Positions 62,332 to 64,000 of a stretch of 64,000 bases of DNA are shown here, piece by piece (the stretch's first letter is position 1; the number at the start of each line of letters is the position of its first letter). The DNA comes from Guillardia theta CCMP2712 (Eukaryota > Protista > Cryptophyta), in NCBI RefSeq assembly GCF_000315625.1, contig NW_005434653.1, positions 539,745-603,744 of the forward strand. Direction: 5' to 3'. The notes beneath the pieces were generated by a model, which worked only from the letters and a program-made list of their open reading frames with translations, was not told the origin of the DNA and ran no database searches. A program made the position numbers and the translations under genes.

Positions 62332-64000
62332 TCACGTGCGGATGGCGAACTCAGATGATCTCGAGTCTCCATGCGTTGGCTTGTTGGCTGGAGCAGTAAG
62401 AGACTTGTAGAGCTGCACGCGGGGTGTCATGGGCAACGGAAAGAGAGCTCACTGCCTTCACCTGCATCTCTTCCACAATCTTCTGCAGGAGCTCTAGTTG
62501 CCTTCCCTGCGGGGCTTTCTTGATTGCAGTCACTTGCTCCTCCTCCTCCTCCTCCTCCTCCTCCTCCACGAATTGCTTCAGTCGTGTCAGACGCCGCCAA
62601 CAGCGATGCAGGTGCCTCACCAGTCCCCCGTTCCTCGCCACCTTCCCTACGGAGATCTTGTCCCTCTCCCGTAGCTCCGAGGGGATGGCGAGGAAGAGCT
62701 CGTCGACGGTTGCTTGCGGCTTGACCTTGACCAGCTGCAACGCTGCCTGCGAGGCAAGGCCGTGAGCTGACCTTCTCCTTCCCTAGTGCTTGTTCTCTCC
62801 ATCCGCATCCTCCCTTGCTCTGATCCATCTCCTCCTCCTCCTCCACTACCACCATGGGGATCACCACCACCACCTTCTCCTCTTCCTCCCTTCCTCCGAC
62901 TCGCACCTCCAGCACGATCTCGTCCCGTGCGGCATCGAAGGAGAAGAGGTGGCGGGAGATTTGCACCATGTCGCTGGCGATGGAGGGGATCGAATCTTCA
63001 TCCCCGCCGTACTTTTGCACAGTCGCGTCCTTGGCTTCCATGTAGGAGTCAACCTGCGCGGGGATCAGGCGGAAGCATGCCAGCCGCTCGAGTCGAGGGA
63101 GACCAAGATGGCGAGAAGAACGTTGAGGAGGATGATGAAGATGAGGAACATGAAGGCGATGTAGAAGATGACTGCCATCTTGCCGTCTACGTACGCCATC
63201 GTTGCGTAGCGGTCGAGCCCGGCTCCGAGCATCCTGCGATCTGAGGTGAGCAAGAGGAAAGAGAAGCGCTGAGGATACATCATCCATCCCGTTCCGAGCG
63301 CGTCGCCGAGGGTCGCAAAGATCTTCATCTGAGGCCCGAAGAGAACATGGGACATGACGGCGAAGCCGAAGAGACAGGTGATGAACATAAGGAGGAAGTG
63401 ATAAAGGTCGGGGATGGAAGTCTCGATGGTGTTGTTGATGATGGCCAGCCTTGGCTGGAAGCGATAGAACTTGAAGCAGCGGAGGAGGGACCTGCATCCA
63501 TCAAGCTGTCAGAGACAGAGATAGGGCAAGGGAAGAGAGGAGAGGAGAGGAGAGGAGAGGAGAGGAGAGGAGAGGAGAGGAGAGGAGAGGAGAGGAGAGG
63601 AGAGGAGAGGAGAGGAGAGGAGAGGAGAGGAGAGGAGAGGAGAGGAGAGGAGAGGAGAGGAGAGGAGATCACAAGAGAATGTTGAAAAAGTTGCCGAAGA
63701 GCTGCATTCTGATGATTGCAGAGGCTCGCTCTAGAATGAGCTCGTATCGGTTGGTGGGAACCTTGCAACTCCCAGTCACAAAGGCAGACACAGGGTGAGG
63801 TGACCACCTTGATGACATTGTTCTCATGCGTGATCATCTGGATCAAACTGATGCGGAGAACGATGTAGTAGACAAAGAGGATGTAGTTGAGAGCGTCTAC
63901 AAGAGTCCACTTGTCTGTCAGGAAGGCTAAAAGCCCTCCTTCGCTGATCTCCTTTCCATTCTCGTCTTCCTTGACAATCCCTGACCATCCTTGCGTGATG
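62332..64000 (-). CDS. Polycystin-2/TRPP-like cation channel, 3' portion
   Basis: DKWTLVDALNYILF, LRCFKFYRFQPRLAIINNTI...DLYHFLLMFITCLFGFAVMSHVLFG...FATLGDA, IFYIAFMFLIFIILLNVLLAIL|VDSYMEAK. Confidence 0.88.
63534..63667. repeat. (AGAGG)n microsatellite in intron
   Basis: Direct reading. Confidence 0.95.

Overview
Eukaryotic nuclear DNA, gene-dense, with many short (about 45-60 nt) GT-AG and GC-AG introns, purine/pyrimidine microsatellites and three 100-N assembly gaps. The style suggests a cryptophyte alga such as Guillardia theta (inference). Genes recognised after manual splicing: equilibrative nucleoside transporter, a tandem pair of unknown genes, HtrA/Deg protease, ferlin, telomerase reverse transcriptase (TERT), ESS2/DGCR14, an intronless Cys-rich secreted protein, a WW + half-LIM protein, FAM172/Arb2, a caspase-like protease-helical domain-pseudokinase fusion, F-box + TLDc, cyclin H, RAD54, an ankyrin protein, a Nudix hydrolase, an RWP-RK factor and the 3' part of a PKD2/TRPP channel. 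Main leads: (1) the caspase/helical bundle/pseudokinase fusion, a possible MLKL-like self-contained cell-death or immune module; (2) a 56-aa heptad-Tyr microprotein missed by the ORF track, resembling ejectisome Tri/R-body-type proteins, and one of three small proteins starting MF-x-x-L; (3) a dispersed CpG-rich 'shuffled-word' element found 5' of genes; (4) an intron present in one of two near-identical tandem paralogs but absent in the other. All exon boundaries were inferred by eye, no database searches were run, and many gene ends are approximate.
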